Shown piece after piece: positions 44,279 through 51,983 of a stretch of 64,000 nt of DNA. Made by a program: the position numbers and the translations under genes. This DNA is from an uncultured Acidobacteriota bacterium. GTDB taxonomy: Bacteria > Acidobacteriota > Vicinamibacteria > Vicinamibacterales > UBA2999. The notes under the pieces are model-generated. The model searched no databases and was not told the origin of the DNA. It worked only from the letters and a program-made list of their open reading frames with translations. The stretch covers positions 2,886,638-2,950,637 of the forward strand of contig CAVPVV010000003.1 in NCBI GenBank assembly GCA_963709325.1, given 5' to 3'. How positions within the stretch are numbered: the stretch's first letter is position 1; each line of letters opens with the position of its first letter.

Positions 44279-45448
44279 ATGCTCAACCTCACGCGCTTCG
44301 CTGTCGACAGGCCCTGCCGTGGCAAGGTCATTTCCGGGCGTCTCGCTCGTCTGGTCGTCGTCGCACTCTTCCTCTTACCGGCGGTGCCCGCGTCCGCGCA
44401 GACTTACTCGCTGTCGTGGCGCGCAAATATCGACCCGCTCACGACCGGATATCGCGTCTTTGCCGGAACGCGTTCAGGCGTCTATCGGTGGAACGCTGAC
44501 GTCGGCAACGTCACGGCCGTGCGCATTCCGGAGCTCAACGACCCAGGGACTTACTACTTCGCCGTTCGCGCCTACGATCACTTTGGCGGGATGTCCGATC
44601 CCTCGATTGAGGTCACATTCGACGTCGGCCCTCCCGGGGCGCCGCCGGCGTTGGCGGCTTCCGCGATCGGTTCGCGAGTCGCGCTGCGATGGGGAAGCGC
44701 TCCGGGTCTGGTTCCCGCCACGCACTACCTGCTCTACGTCGGGACGCAGCCCAACACTGCGAACATCGCCAGCGCGTATCCGGTTGGCAATCAGCTCAGT
44801 GTGACCGGAGACCTCCCACGAGGCCGTTACTACGTTCGCGTCCAGGCCGCGAACCGGTTCGGCGCTGGTCCTCTGTCATCCGAGGTCGTGGTCGACGTCG
44901 GGCCGATGGAGGCGCCCGGCAGCCCTCAGGGACTGGATCAAACGTGGCACGGCAGCGTGCTCACGCTGGCTTGGAACCGGGTGCCGAACGCGACCTCCTA
45001 CGTCGTCGAGGCCGGGAGCCGGCCCGGCGCCGCCGATCTCGCGCGGGTTGTCGCCGCGACGAACGGGCTCGTCGTCAATGTGCCGCCGGGAACTTTCTAC
45101 GTCCGGGTCAGAGCGGTCAACGCCGCCGGCGTCTCGGCTCCATCGCGCGAAATCATCGTGCGCGGACCGGGGGCGCCGATGCCGCCCGCCAATTTGAGCT
45201 TCACGCAGTCGTCGACATCGGTCACCCTGAGTTGGTCGCCGCCCGCGTCAGGGCCCGAGCCAGCCGGCTACGTGATCGAGGCTGGCAGTCAGCCCGGACT
45301 GGCGGATCTGGCGGTGCTGCGCGTGTCGGCGCAGACCTCGTACAGCGCCGTGGCTCCTCCGGGAACCTATTACCTCCGAGTCCGCGCGACGAGCGCGGGT
45401 GGCCGCAGCGAAGCTTCGAACGAGATCGCCGTTACGATTCGAGACTGA
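44279..45448 (+). CDS. Secreted Fn3-type multidomain protein, paralog 3 (N-Fn3 + 3 Fn3, no 75-aa repeats)
   Basis: ATG 44279 (MLNLTRFAVDRPCRGKVISGRLARLVVVALFLLPAVPASAQ). TYSLSWRANIDPLTTGYRVFAGTRSGVYRWNADVG...YYFAVRAYD. Modules end YYVRVQAANRFGAG, FYVRVRAVNAAGVS, YYLRVRATSAGGRS. Confidence 0.85.
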   Translation: MLNLTRFAVDRPCRGKVISGRLARLVVVALFLLPAVPASAQTYSLSWRANIDPLTTGYRVFAGTRSGVYRWNADVGNVTAVRIPELNDPGTYYFAVRAYDHFGGMSDPSIEVTFDVGPPGAPPALAASAIGSRVALRWGSAPGLVPATHYLLYVGTQPNTANIASAYPVGNQLSVTGDLPRGRYYVRVQAANRFGAGPLSSEVVVDVGPMEAPGSPQGLDQTWHGSVLTLAWNRVPNATSYVVEAGSRPGAADLARVVAATNGLVVNVPPGTFYVRVRAVNAAGVSAPSREIIVRGPGAPMPPANLSFTQSSTSVTLSWSPPASGPEPAGYVIEAGSQPGLADLAVLRVSAQTSYSAVAPPGTYYLRVRATSAGGRSEASNEIAVTIRD

Positions 45449-45472
45449 CCGCGCGACAGCAACCAGGCAGGA

Positions 45473-46402
45473 TCACGGTGTGCGACGCGGGAGCACGAGG
45501 GTGTTCCCGACATACTCCGTGATCGACAGGCGGCATGCCGGATCCGGTCCGGTGTATCTCGTGGCGTGCCAGGTGCCCGCCGGCACGTACACGACGTCGC
45601 CTTCGCTGGCGATGAACGGCTCCTGCCCTTCGAACGCGTAGCGAATCTTCCCGGCGAACACCAGCCAGAATTCCGCGCTCTCGGCGTGGAAGTGTCCTTT
45701 GTCCGACGGATCGAGCGGTGGCAGGTTCTTCTCGTGTCCGTAGAGCACGAGCATCTCCGACTTGTCGTCGCGAATGAAGCGTCCGCCCGAGTAGCTCGGG
45801 TTCCGAGCCGCTTCCTCGTGAATGTTCAGGTGCGGCTTGTTGAACTCGTCGTAGCGGCCCGGGGTGCGATTGATCGTCGATTCCACCCACTGCATGCCGG
45901 GTGGCGGCGCTGGCGGCGCTGCGGCGTCGGCGACGAACGCGGTCTTGGCACCGGCGACGTTTACGACGAAACGCAGGCTCGGTGTCGTCCCGATGGTCTC
46001 GATCGAGTAGATGGTGAGGCGCGGAACGTTCACGAGCGAGCCGCGGGCCGCAACGATTGGCGCCTGACCCTCGATCTCGACGCGCACCTGTCCCTCGACC
46101 ACCGCAAACCACTCGCGCGTGTCGGGGTGAAACCGCTTCGCCACGATCGAGCCCGGGGCCGCGGCCACGTACTCCGCGGTCAGCCGGCCGTCGTCGACGA
46201 GTCGTTCGGTCCAGCTCGACTCGGTGCGGTGCGCGGCCTTGAGGTCGGCGAGTTTCACCCACGGCCGCTCGGGCGGGGTGTAGCCCGGCAGTGTCACCGG
46301 TTTGGGCACCCACACCGCGGTTGGCACCGGTTTGTCCTGGGCCGCCATGGCGGCGCACCCCAGCAAAAAGATGACGGGCAGGCTCTGAACACAACGATTC
46401 AT
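45473..46402 (-). CDS. Secreted bicupin-domain protein
   Basis: 309-aa ORF with signal peptide MNRCVQSLPVIFLLGCAAMAAQ. Two cupin-like halves: KRFHPDTREWFAVVEGQVRVEIEGQ...GSLVNVP and GHFHAESAEFWLVFAGKIRYAFEGQEPFIASEGDVVYVPAGTWH. Confidence 0.75.
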   Translation of the reverse strand: MNRCVQSLPVIFLLGCAAMAAQDKPVPTAVWVPKPVTLPGYTPPERPWVKLADLKAAHRTESSWTERLVDDGRLTAEYVAAAPGSIVAKRFHPDTREWFAVVEGQVRVEIEGQAPIVAARGSLVNVPRLTIYSIETIGTTPSLRFVVNVAGAKTAFVADAAAPPAPPPGMQWVESTINRTPGRYDEFNKPHLNIHEEAARNPSYSGGRFIRDDKSEMLVLYGHEKNLPPLDPSDKGHFHAESAEFWLVFAGKIRYAFEGQEPFIASEGDVVYVPAGTWHATRYTGPDPACRLSITEYVGNTLVLPRRTP

Positions 46403-46530
46403 GGGCTCTCCGCGGGGCGCATTTTATCTACACGGCGAGTCGATTATCATGCCGGGCGACAGTTATCATGCCGAGCGGCAGTGCGCTCGAACTGGTCGCG
46501 GCAGAGCCGCAGTGAACCTGGAGAATCCCG

Positions 46531-47331
46531 ATGACGCGATACCCGGCGCTTCGTACGTTGTTGATCGTCGCGTGCCTGCTGGCCGCCGCTACGGCGTCCG
46601 CGCAGACGCAGACCAAACCGTTCGAGCCTACCGTGGGCCAGGCGGGCAAGGACGTCGTGTGGGTGCCCACGCCGCAGGCGCTCGTGGACAAGATGCTCGA
46701 CCTCGCCAAGCTCACGCCGCAGGACTTCCTGATGGATCTCGGCTCGGGTGACGGACGCACGGTCATCACCGCCGCGAAGCGCGGCGCACGCTCGCTCGGG
46801 ATCGAGTTCAACCCCGACATGGTCGAGCTCTCGCGCAAGAACGCCACCGCCGCCGGGGTGACCGATCGGGCCACGTTCGAGAAGGGCGACCTGTTCGAAG
46901 CGGATCTCTCCAAGGCGCAGGTGATCACGATGTTCCTGTTGCCGTCGATCAACATGAAGCTGCGGCCCAAGCTGCTCGAGCTGAAGCCGGGGACCCGGAT
47001 CGTGTCGAACTCGTTCACGATGGAAGACTGGGTCGCGGACGAGCAGGCGAACGTCACCGAGAACTGCACGAGCTGGTGCACGGCGCTCCTCTGGATCATT
47101 CCGGCAAAGGTCCAGGGCACGTGGGCGATGCCACAGGGCGTGCTGACGCTGACCCAGCAGTTCCAGATGCTCTCAGGCACGCTCGGCGGCGCGACGATCT
47201 CCGATGCGCGCATGCGCGGCGATCAAATCGAGTTCAGCGCCGGCGGCGTGAAGTTCACGGGAACCGTGTCCGGGAACACGATCAAGGGCAACGCGACCAG
47301 CGGCGGAGCGTTCACGGCGACGAAGAAATAG
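46531..47331 (+). CDS. Class I SAM-dependent methyltransferase-fold protein with N-terminal signal peptide
   Basis: GGAG upstream. MTRYPALRTLLIVACLLAAATASAQ. SAM motif I FLMDLGSGDGRTVITAAKRGA..LGIEFNP. Acidic post-II motif GDLFEADL. C-terminal beta-rich extension. Confidence 0.8.
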   Translation: MTRYPALRTLLIVACLLAAATASAQTQTKPFEPTVGQAGKDVVWVPTPQALVDKMLDLAKLTPQDFLMDLGSGDGRTVITAAKRGARSLGIEFNPDMVELSRKNATAAGVTDRATFEKGDLFEADLSKAQVITMFLLPSINMKLRPKLLELKPGTRIVSNSFTMEDWVADEQANVTENCTSWCTALLWIIPAKVQGTWAMPQGVLTLTQQFQMLSGTLGGATISDARMRGDQIEFSAGGVKFTGTVSGNTIKGNATSGGAFTATKK

Positions 47332-47381
47332 GCAGCAGCGGGCAGAATAGAGCGCATTTCAAAGAACTTTATAAGACACTA

Positions 47382-47410
47382 TTGACCTGAACGGGACTGT
47401 TCGGTATCAT
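47382..47410 (+). promoter_or_regulatory. Sigma-70-type promoter for the PilZ gene
   Basis: TTGACC (47382-47387), a 17-nt spacer, then TATCAT (47405-47410). It is preceded by an AT-rich stretch (47341-47381) unusual for this genome. Confidence 0.55.
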
Positions 47411-47435
47411 CATCGCCATCCCCCGGAAGACGGCG

Positions 47436-47789
47436 ATGATTAACGAACAGCCCGCGCTTGAAGCGCGCATCAACGTGAGCGTCGCGACGGCCGACCGGCG
47501 ATCGAGTGAACGGGTGCCCGGTCCGTTCGATGCCTGGCGTATCGGAATGCTCGAGACGCCGGTACGAATCTACGACATCAGCCTCGGCGGCTGCTTCGTG
47601 CACGCGATGCACGAGCAGGATCCCGGCGTGGTAGTGATGCTGAAGATTCACTTGCCGGGCGAGCAGTGGGTGGAGGTCAAGGCCGAGACCCTGTATCGCC
47701 GTCCCGGCTTCGGCTTCGCGGTCAAGTTCGTCGACGTGCCGGACGAGACGCGTGCGCGTCTCGTCCGCGCGCTGGATTTGCGCGACTAG
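47436..47789 (+). CDS. PilZ-domain protein (putative c-di-GMP receptor)
   Basis: 117 aa. RRSSER (RxxxR) and DISLGGCF (D/NxSxxG) motifs at the canonical spacing. Confidence 0.8.
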   Translation: MINEQPALEARINVSVATADRRSSERVPGPFDAWRIGMLETPVRIYDISLGGCFVHAMHEQDPGVVVMLKIHLPGEQWVEVKAETLYRRPGFGFAVKFVDVPDETRARLVRALDLRD

Positions 47790-49201
47790 CGATCGTTCAA
47801 CCGGATCGACTGGCCGATGCGGTCAAACGTCTGGCCGTAGCGCTGAGCCTCTCGGTCCGGAACGACGGTGGCGTAATAGAACAGGCTTCCGTCGGCGAGC
47901 AACGTCGTGTAAACGCCGACGCGCTCGTCGCCCCCGAGCGCCGACCGCCCGATGAGGGGCGTCCCCAGTCCGGTGCGTCCCGAGAGCCGGACCGTGGTCG
48001 AATTACCGGCCACGCGCATTCCCGGATTGCCCTGCAGAAACGATTGAATCAAGGTATCCGTGGCCTCGCCGAGGTCACGCGACGAGGCTCGCGCGACGCC
48101 GATCTCGACGCCGTGCGTCAGCACCGTCTGCCCGCGGAAATCGCCATACCCGTTCTCCGGCACGTACTTCACCGCATTGGTTGATGCGACTGGCGTCCAG
48201 TTATTTGGTACTGATGCCTGGAACAGGCGGCCCCCCTGCACGGTGCGGTATTGCGACGATGGCGTGGGCACGGGCTCTCCGACCGTTCCGACCGACGTAG
48301 ATTCCTCGCCGCGGCTCCGCCCGCCTCCCGATCTCGAGAGATCGGCCATTGATTTCGCCGGCGGCAGCGACGAGAACCGGCTCTTGGCGTTCTCGAAACC
48401 GCTGTCGTCGGCCCGGCGCGCGATCTGAAGCTGGCTGGCTTCCTGGGTGATGTACTGAGTGCGATTGCCTGGATCGGGGTGGCTGCTCAGCCACTGCGGC
48501 GGCGCGCCGTTGCCCTGGCGTTGAATTGTCTCGAACATGTGCGCCAGGTCTCGTGGATCGTATCCGGCGCGGGCCATCAGCTGTGCGCCGAGCAGATCGG
48601 CCTGCTTCTCATACTCGCGGCTGTACTTCAGCAGCCACGTGCCGAGCCCGAACTGCGAGCCCTGTGAGATCGCCTGGCCCCAGCCGCCGCCGATCACCGC
48701 GCCGGCAATCGCGCCGGCCAGCGCGCCGAGCTGAAAGCCTTCCGCCTTGGTCGCGTTCGCGGTGCCGTGACGCAGCAGCACGTGCGAGAGCTCGTGCGCC
48801 ATGACGCCGACCACCTCGCCCTCGGTCCTGGCGGCATCGAACATTCCGCGGTTGACGAACATCGGCCCGCCCGGAAGCGCGAACGCGTTGATGTCCTTCA
48901 GGTTCACCGGCGTGAACGAGTAGCGGAACTCCGGTCGATTGAGCTCGGGAGGCGCGACCGCGACGAGCCGTCGCCCGAGCTCGTCGAGGTACGAGCCGAT
49001 GCGCTCGTCCCTGATGATCGGATATTCGCGGCGCACTTCGGCCGCCGCTTCCTCGCCCAGCTTCACATCGTCAGCGGGCGAATACTTGTTCTTCGGCGGC
49101 GTGATAGTCGTCTGCGCGCTGACGACGGTCGTGCACAGCGCGAGCACGACGAGCGGCCGCAAGCCAGCCCATCGGTTCGGTTGAGGCGATCGTCCACTCA
49201 T
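47786..49201 (-). CDS. M48-family zinc metallopeptidase (BepA/YfgC-like), secreted
   Basis: 471 aa. Signal peptide ...LVVLALCTTVVSAQ. HELSHVLLRH (HExxH). The stop overlaps the PilZ stop (CTAG at 47786-47789). Confidence 0.85.
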   Translation of the reverse strand: MSGRSPQPNRWAGLRPLVVLALCTTVVSAQTTITPPKNKYSPADDVKLGEEAAAEVRREYPIIRDERIGSYLDELGRRLVAVAPPELNRPEFRYSFTPVNLKDINAFALPGGPMFVNRGMFDAARTEGEVVGVMAHELSHVLLRHGTANATKAEGFQLGALAGAIAGAVIGGGWGQAISQGSQFGLGTWLLKYSREYEKQADLLGAQLMARAGYDPRDLAHMFETIQRQGNGAPPQWLSSHPDPGNRTQYITQEASQLQIARRADDSGFENAKSRFSSLPPAKSMADLSRSGGGRSRGEESTSVGTVGEPVPTPSSQYRTVQGGRLFQASVPNNWTPVASTNAVKYVPENGYGDFRGQTVLTHGVEIGVARASSRDLGEATDTLIQSFLQGNPGMRVAGNSTTVRLSGRTGLGTPLIGRSALGGDERVGVYTTLLADGSLFYYATVVPDREAQRYGQTFDRIGQSIRLNDR

Positions 49202-49316
49202 GGCTCTAGTCCCCCAGCGTTAGCGGACTTCGCTGCAGCATTCGTACCGTCGTGCCAGCGCGGCCTTGTGGATGTCGGGTACACGCCTTGCTGGGTAAAG
49301 AAGGCAGGGGGACGAG

Positions 49317-50171
49317 ATGGCGCGTGTATGGACACTCGTGGGGACACTCTTACTGGCGGGAGTGGTCACGCTGGCGCAGAGCGACTCGGCGCAACTGTCG
49401 GGTCTGGATCAACGATTGACCGATGCTCACGCCGCGCTGGATCGGGCCGCGGGACTGACTGCCGTCGATCGCTCGAGCCTCGAGCGAGAGCTCCGGAATC
49501 TCGAGGACGAAGTCGCCTATCTGCGAGTCAAGAGCCGCAAGGGCGAGCGCATCGACGATCGCGAGACCCGCGACCTCGGTGAGCGGATCGATCGGTTCGT
49601 GCAGCGGACCAACGATCGCAACTACAACAGCAGCACGAGCCCCGGCACCAGCGGCCCGTCTCGAGGACGGGTGATTCCGATCAACACCGAGCTCGACGTG
49701 CGGCTGCAGACGCCGCTCAACTCCGGCACCGCGCAGGTCGAGCAGCGGGTCGAGGCGACGACGATGGTCAACCTGTATCGTGAGGATGACCTGATTGTCC
49801 CGGCCGGTTCCCTGCTCGTCGGTTATGTCGCCTCGGTCGAGCCCGCGACGCGAACCGATCGCAAGGGGAAGCTGTCGCTGCAGTTCACGCGGCTGACCGT
49901 CAACCAGCGTTCGTATGACGTTCGCGTCTCCGTGACCCAGGCGATCGAGAGTGAGGGCGTCAAGGGAGAGATCGGGAAGATCGGCGCGGGCTCGGCGGTC
50001 GGCGCGATCATCGGTGGAATCCTCGGCGGCGCCAAGGGAGCCATTGCCGGCATCCTGGTCGGCGGCGGTGGCGTACTCGTCGCTACCGAGGGCAAGGACG
50101 TGGATTTGCAGTCGGGAACGGTGCTGCGCGTGCGCTTCGACTCGGAGGTCCCCCTGGATCTGAGTCGGTGA
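49317..50171 (+). CDS. Secreted hypothetical protein with C-terminal glycine-zipper segment
   Basis: 284 aa. Signal peptide MARVWTLVGTLLLAGVVTLAQS, coiled-coil-like N-region, GAGSAVGAIIGGILGGAKGAIAGILVGGGGVLVA near the C-terminus. Confidence 0.65.
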   Translation: MARVWTLVGTLLLAGVVTLAQSDSAQLSGLDQRLTDAHAALDRAAGLTAVDRSSLERELRNLEDEVAYLRVKSRKGERIDDRETRDLGERIDRFVQRTNDRNYNSSTSPGTSGPSRGRVIPINTELDVRLQTPLNSGTAQVEQRVEATTMVNLYREDDLIVPAGSLLVGYVASVEPATRTDRKGKLSLQFTRLTVNQRSYDVRVSVTQAIESEGVKGEIGKIGAGSAVGAIIGGILGGAKGAIAGILVGGGGVLVATEGKDVDLQSGTVLRVRFDSEVPLDLSR

Positions 50172-50172
50172 C

Positions 50173-50262
50173 AAGGCAGAAGGCACAAGGCAGAAGGCAG
50201 AAGGCAGAAATCCCACGCTGAAGGGTGGCTTAGCCCTTTTGCCTTCTGCCTTTTGTCTTGCC
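50173..50262. repeat. Hairpin built from 7-nt tandem repeats (AAGGCAG x5 / CTGCCTT-like x3-4) that exactly fills the gap between two convergent stop codons
   Basis: Left arm 50173-50207: aaggcag aaggcac aaggcag aaggcag aaggcag. Right arm 50239-50262: ttgcctt ctgcctt ttgtctt gcc. Stop codons lie at 50169-50171 (+) and 50263-50265 (-). Confidence 0.85.
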
Positions 50263-51432
50263 TCAAAACGTCTTCCGGGCCACCCATTCCCGATACAGGG
50301 AGTCGGAAGCGACGTAACGAGTGCCGTCCTTCATGACTACGTCCTGTTTCGTGAGGGCGGCGAGCGCCGACTGCACGCTCGACGCGACCGGGAGGCGATG
50401 GCGCGCACGCACGTCTGCCGACATCAACTCTTTGCCGTCCTGGAGGACCAGCGCACGCAGCACCGCCCGCTGGGTCAGGGTGAGACGTTGCCACTGTTCC
50501 TCGAAGGCGGTCTGGTGCTCGCCGAGCAGCCGCGTCAGCGTCGCGTGAAGGTCCTCAACGGTGGCGCTTCGCCGGCCGGCCACCCGAGCGTCGTCCCAGG
50601 TCTCGTGCGCCAGACGCTGCACGTCGTAGGGCACGTTGGCAGCGAGATCGACGATGGCGGCGCCGAGCCCGGGCTCGGGCTTCAGGCCCGAGTCGGTGAA
50701 TCGCGTTTCGATGAACTCGGCGAAGACATCGGGGTCGATCTTCTCGAGGCGCATCACCGGGCCCGCCTTGTAGAACGGCCGCTTCGACTCGAGCATGCGC
50801 TCCATCAGCGACGGCTCGGAACCGGCGAAAACGTAGCCGACGCTTCGTTGATCCTGGACGGCGGCGCGAAGCGCGTGCTCGACGTTGCCGCCGTCGAACG
50901 AGGCGACCGCCTGGAACTCGTCGAGCGCGATCGCCAGCCGCTGCTTGCGGGCGGCGGCAATCCGGGCGGGCAGCGCGAACACCTCGCCGGCCAGCCGCGC
51001 GGTATCGCGGGCTGAGCGGACCGTCGGAAAGGCGACGGTGACGCGGCCCGACGACGAGGAGCCGCCGCCGGTCATCGAGGGGCCGTCGATCCGGACTTCC
51101 GGCCGGACCGCGTCGAGCAGGTCCTGGGCCCAGCGCCGGATCCGGCCGACCGGCGTCTCGGCGGTGAGAAGCGCGCGGGCGTAGGACTCCAGGAAGCCGA
51201 CGTAGGAGCTGGAAGCCGCCACCGTCACCTCGACGGTGAGAACCCGCTGCCGGGCCAGGCCGCGGAGCACGTCCCGGACCAGTGATGACTTGCCGTAACG
51301 GCGCGGCGAGATCAGGAATACTTTCTGACCTTCGGCGAGATCCTGGGAGAGCCGGGCCCGCTCCTGCTCGCGATCGGCGAACGCGCCGGCCGAGACGATC
51401 TCGCCGTAGACGAACGGGTTGTCCTGCGCCAT
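50263..51432 (-). CDS. ATP-binding protein of the Arch_ATPase (ATPase_2)-like family with C-terminal winged-helix-like region
   Basis: MAQDNPFVYGEIVSAGAFADREQERARL, Walker A FLISPRRYGKSSL, Walker B LAIALDEFQ. The second ATG (51432) is preferred over 51453 because TATAAT (51444-51439, minus strand) lies exactly 6 nt upstream of it. Confidence 0.75.
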   Translation of the reverse strand: MAQDNPFVYGEIVSAGAFADREQERARLSQDLAEGQKVFLISPRRYGKSSLVRDVLRGLARQRVLTVEVTVAASSSYVGFLESYARALLTAETPVGRIRRWAQDLLDAVRPEVRIDGPSMTGGGSSSSGRVTVAFPTVRSARDTARLAGEVFALPARIAAARKQRLAIALDEFQAVASFDGGNVEHALRAAVQDQRSVGYVFAGSEPSLMERMLESKRPFYKAGPVMRLEKIDPDVFAEFIETRFTDSGLKPEPGLGAAIVDLAANVPYDVQRLAHETWDDARVAGRRSATVEDLHATLTRLLGEHQTAFEEQWQRLTLTQRAVLRALVLQDGKELMSADVRARHRLPVASSVQSALAALTKQDVVMKDGTRYVASDSLYREWVARKTF

Positions 51433-51509
51433 TACGGCATTATACGTAACCATTACCGAGAATCACGTAACCGGCCGGCGGGACCCTCGGATTGGCGTAG
51501 ACTGGCGCC

Positions 51510-51938
51510 ATGCGAGCACTTCTGGCATGCGCGGCGGCGGCAGGTGTGGCGGTGAGCGCGGCCGCGCAGCAGCCGCAACAGGAAAAGCCGGTGCCCAAGG
51601 ACTCGATCCGGATCACGATTCCGGGCTGCTCCAAGGGCACGGCCTTCACGGTGATGGAAAGCCCCGAGCACGAGTCGCGATCCTCCGTCGCTCCGGGACG
51701 CCGCTTCCGGCTCGCCGGCAAGAAGGACGTGCTCGCCGACATCAAGAAGGCCGAGGGGCAGATGATCGAAATCACCGGGATCATCAAGAAGGGCCAGCAG
51801 GACCCCACTGGCGGCCGCGTGAAGATCACCCCGGGGCCGATGTCAGGAAACACCAGCGTGGGCAGCAACCCCAGCTACGAGCAGGTCATCCTGGACGTGG
51901 AAGGCTTCCGCGCCTTGGCGGCCGATTGCCCGAGGTGA
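51510..51938 (+). CDS. Small secreted hypothetical protein
   Basis: 142 aa. Signal peptide MRALLACAAAAGVAVSAAAQ. TAGACT lies 6 nt upstream of the ATG. No recognisable domain. Confidence 0.55.
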   Translation: MRALLACAAAAGVAVSAAAQQPQQEKPVPKDSIRITIPGCSKGTAFTVMESPEHESRSSVAPGRRFRLAGKKDVLADIKKAEGQMIEITGIIKKGQQDPTGGRVKITPGPMSGNTSVGSNPSYEQVILDVEGFRALAADCPR

Positions 51939-51983
51939 ATCGACCTCTAGAGCCTCACACCCCTAGGCCCCATAGCCCACGCC

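Noticed and set aside
39148-45448. PEP-CTERM sorting signals on the Fn3 paralogs, as possible substrates of the neighbouring EPS/exosortase-type locus
   Set aside because: All three end in soluble Fn3-type strands (…SNEVVIRP, …SNEVVVQR, …SNEIAVTIRD). None has a Pro-Glu-Pro motif, a TM helix or a basic tail.
50173-50262. Canonical bidirectional rho-independent terminator
   Set aside because: Hairpin potential is clear, but neither side is followed by a U-tract. It is therefore reported as a repeat element rather than called as a terminator.
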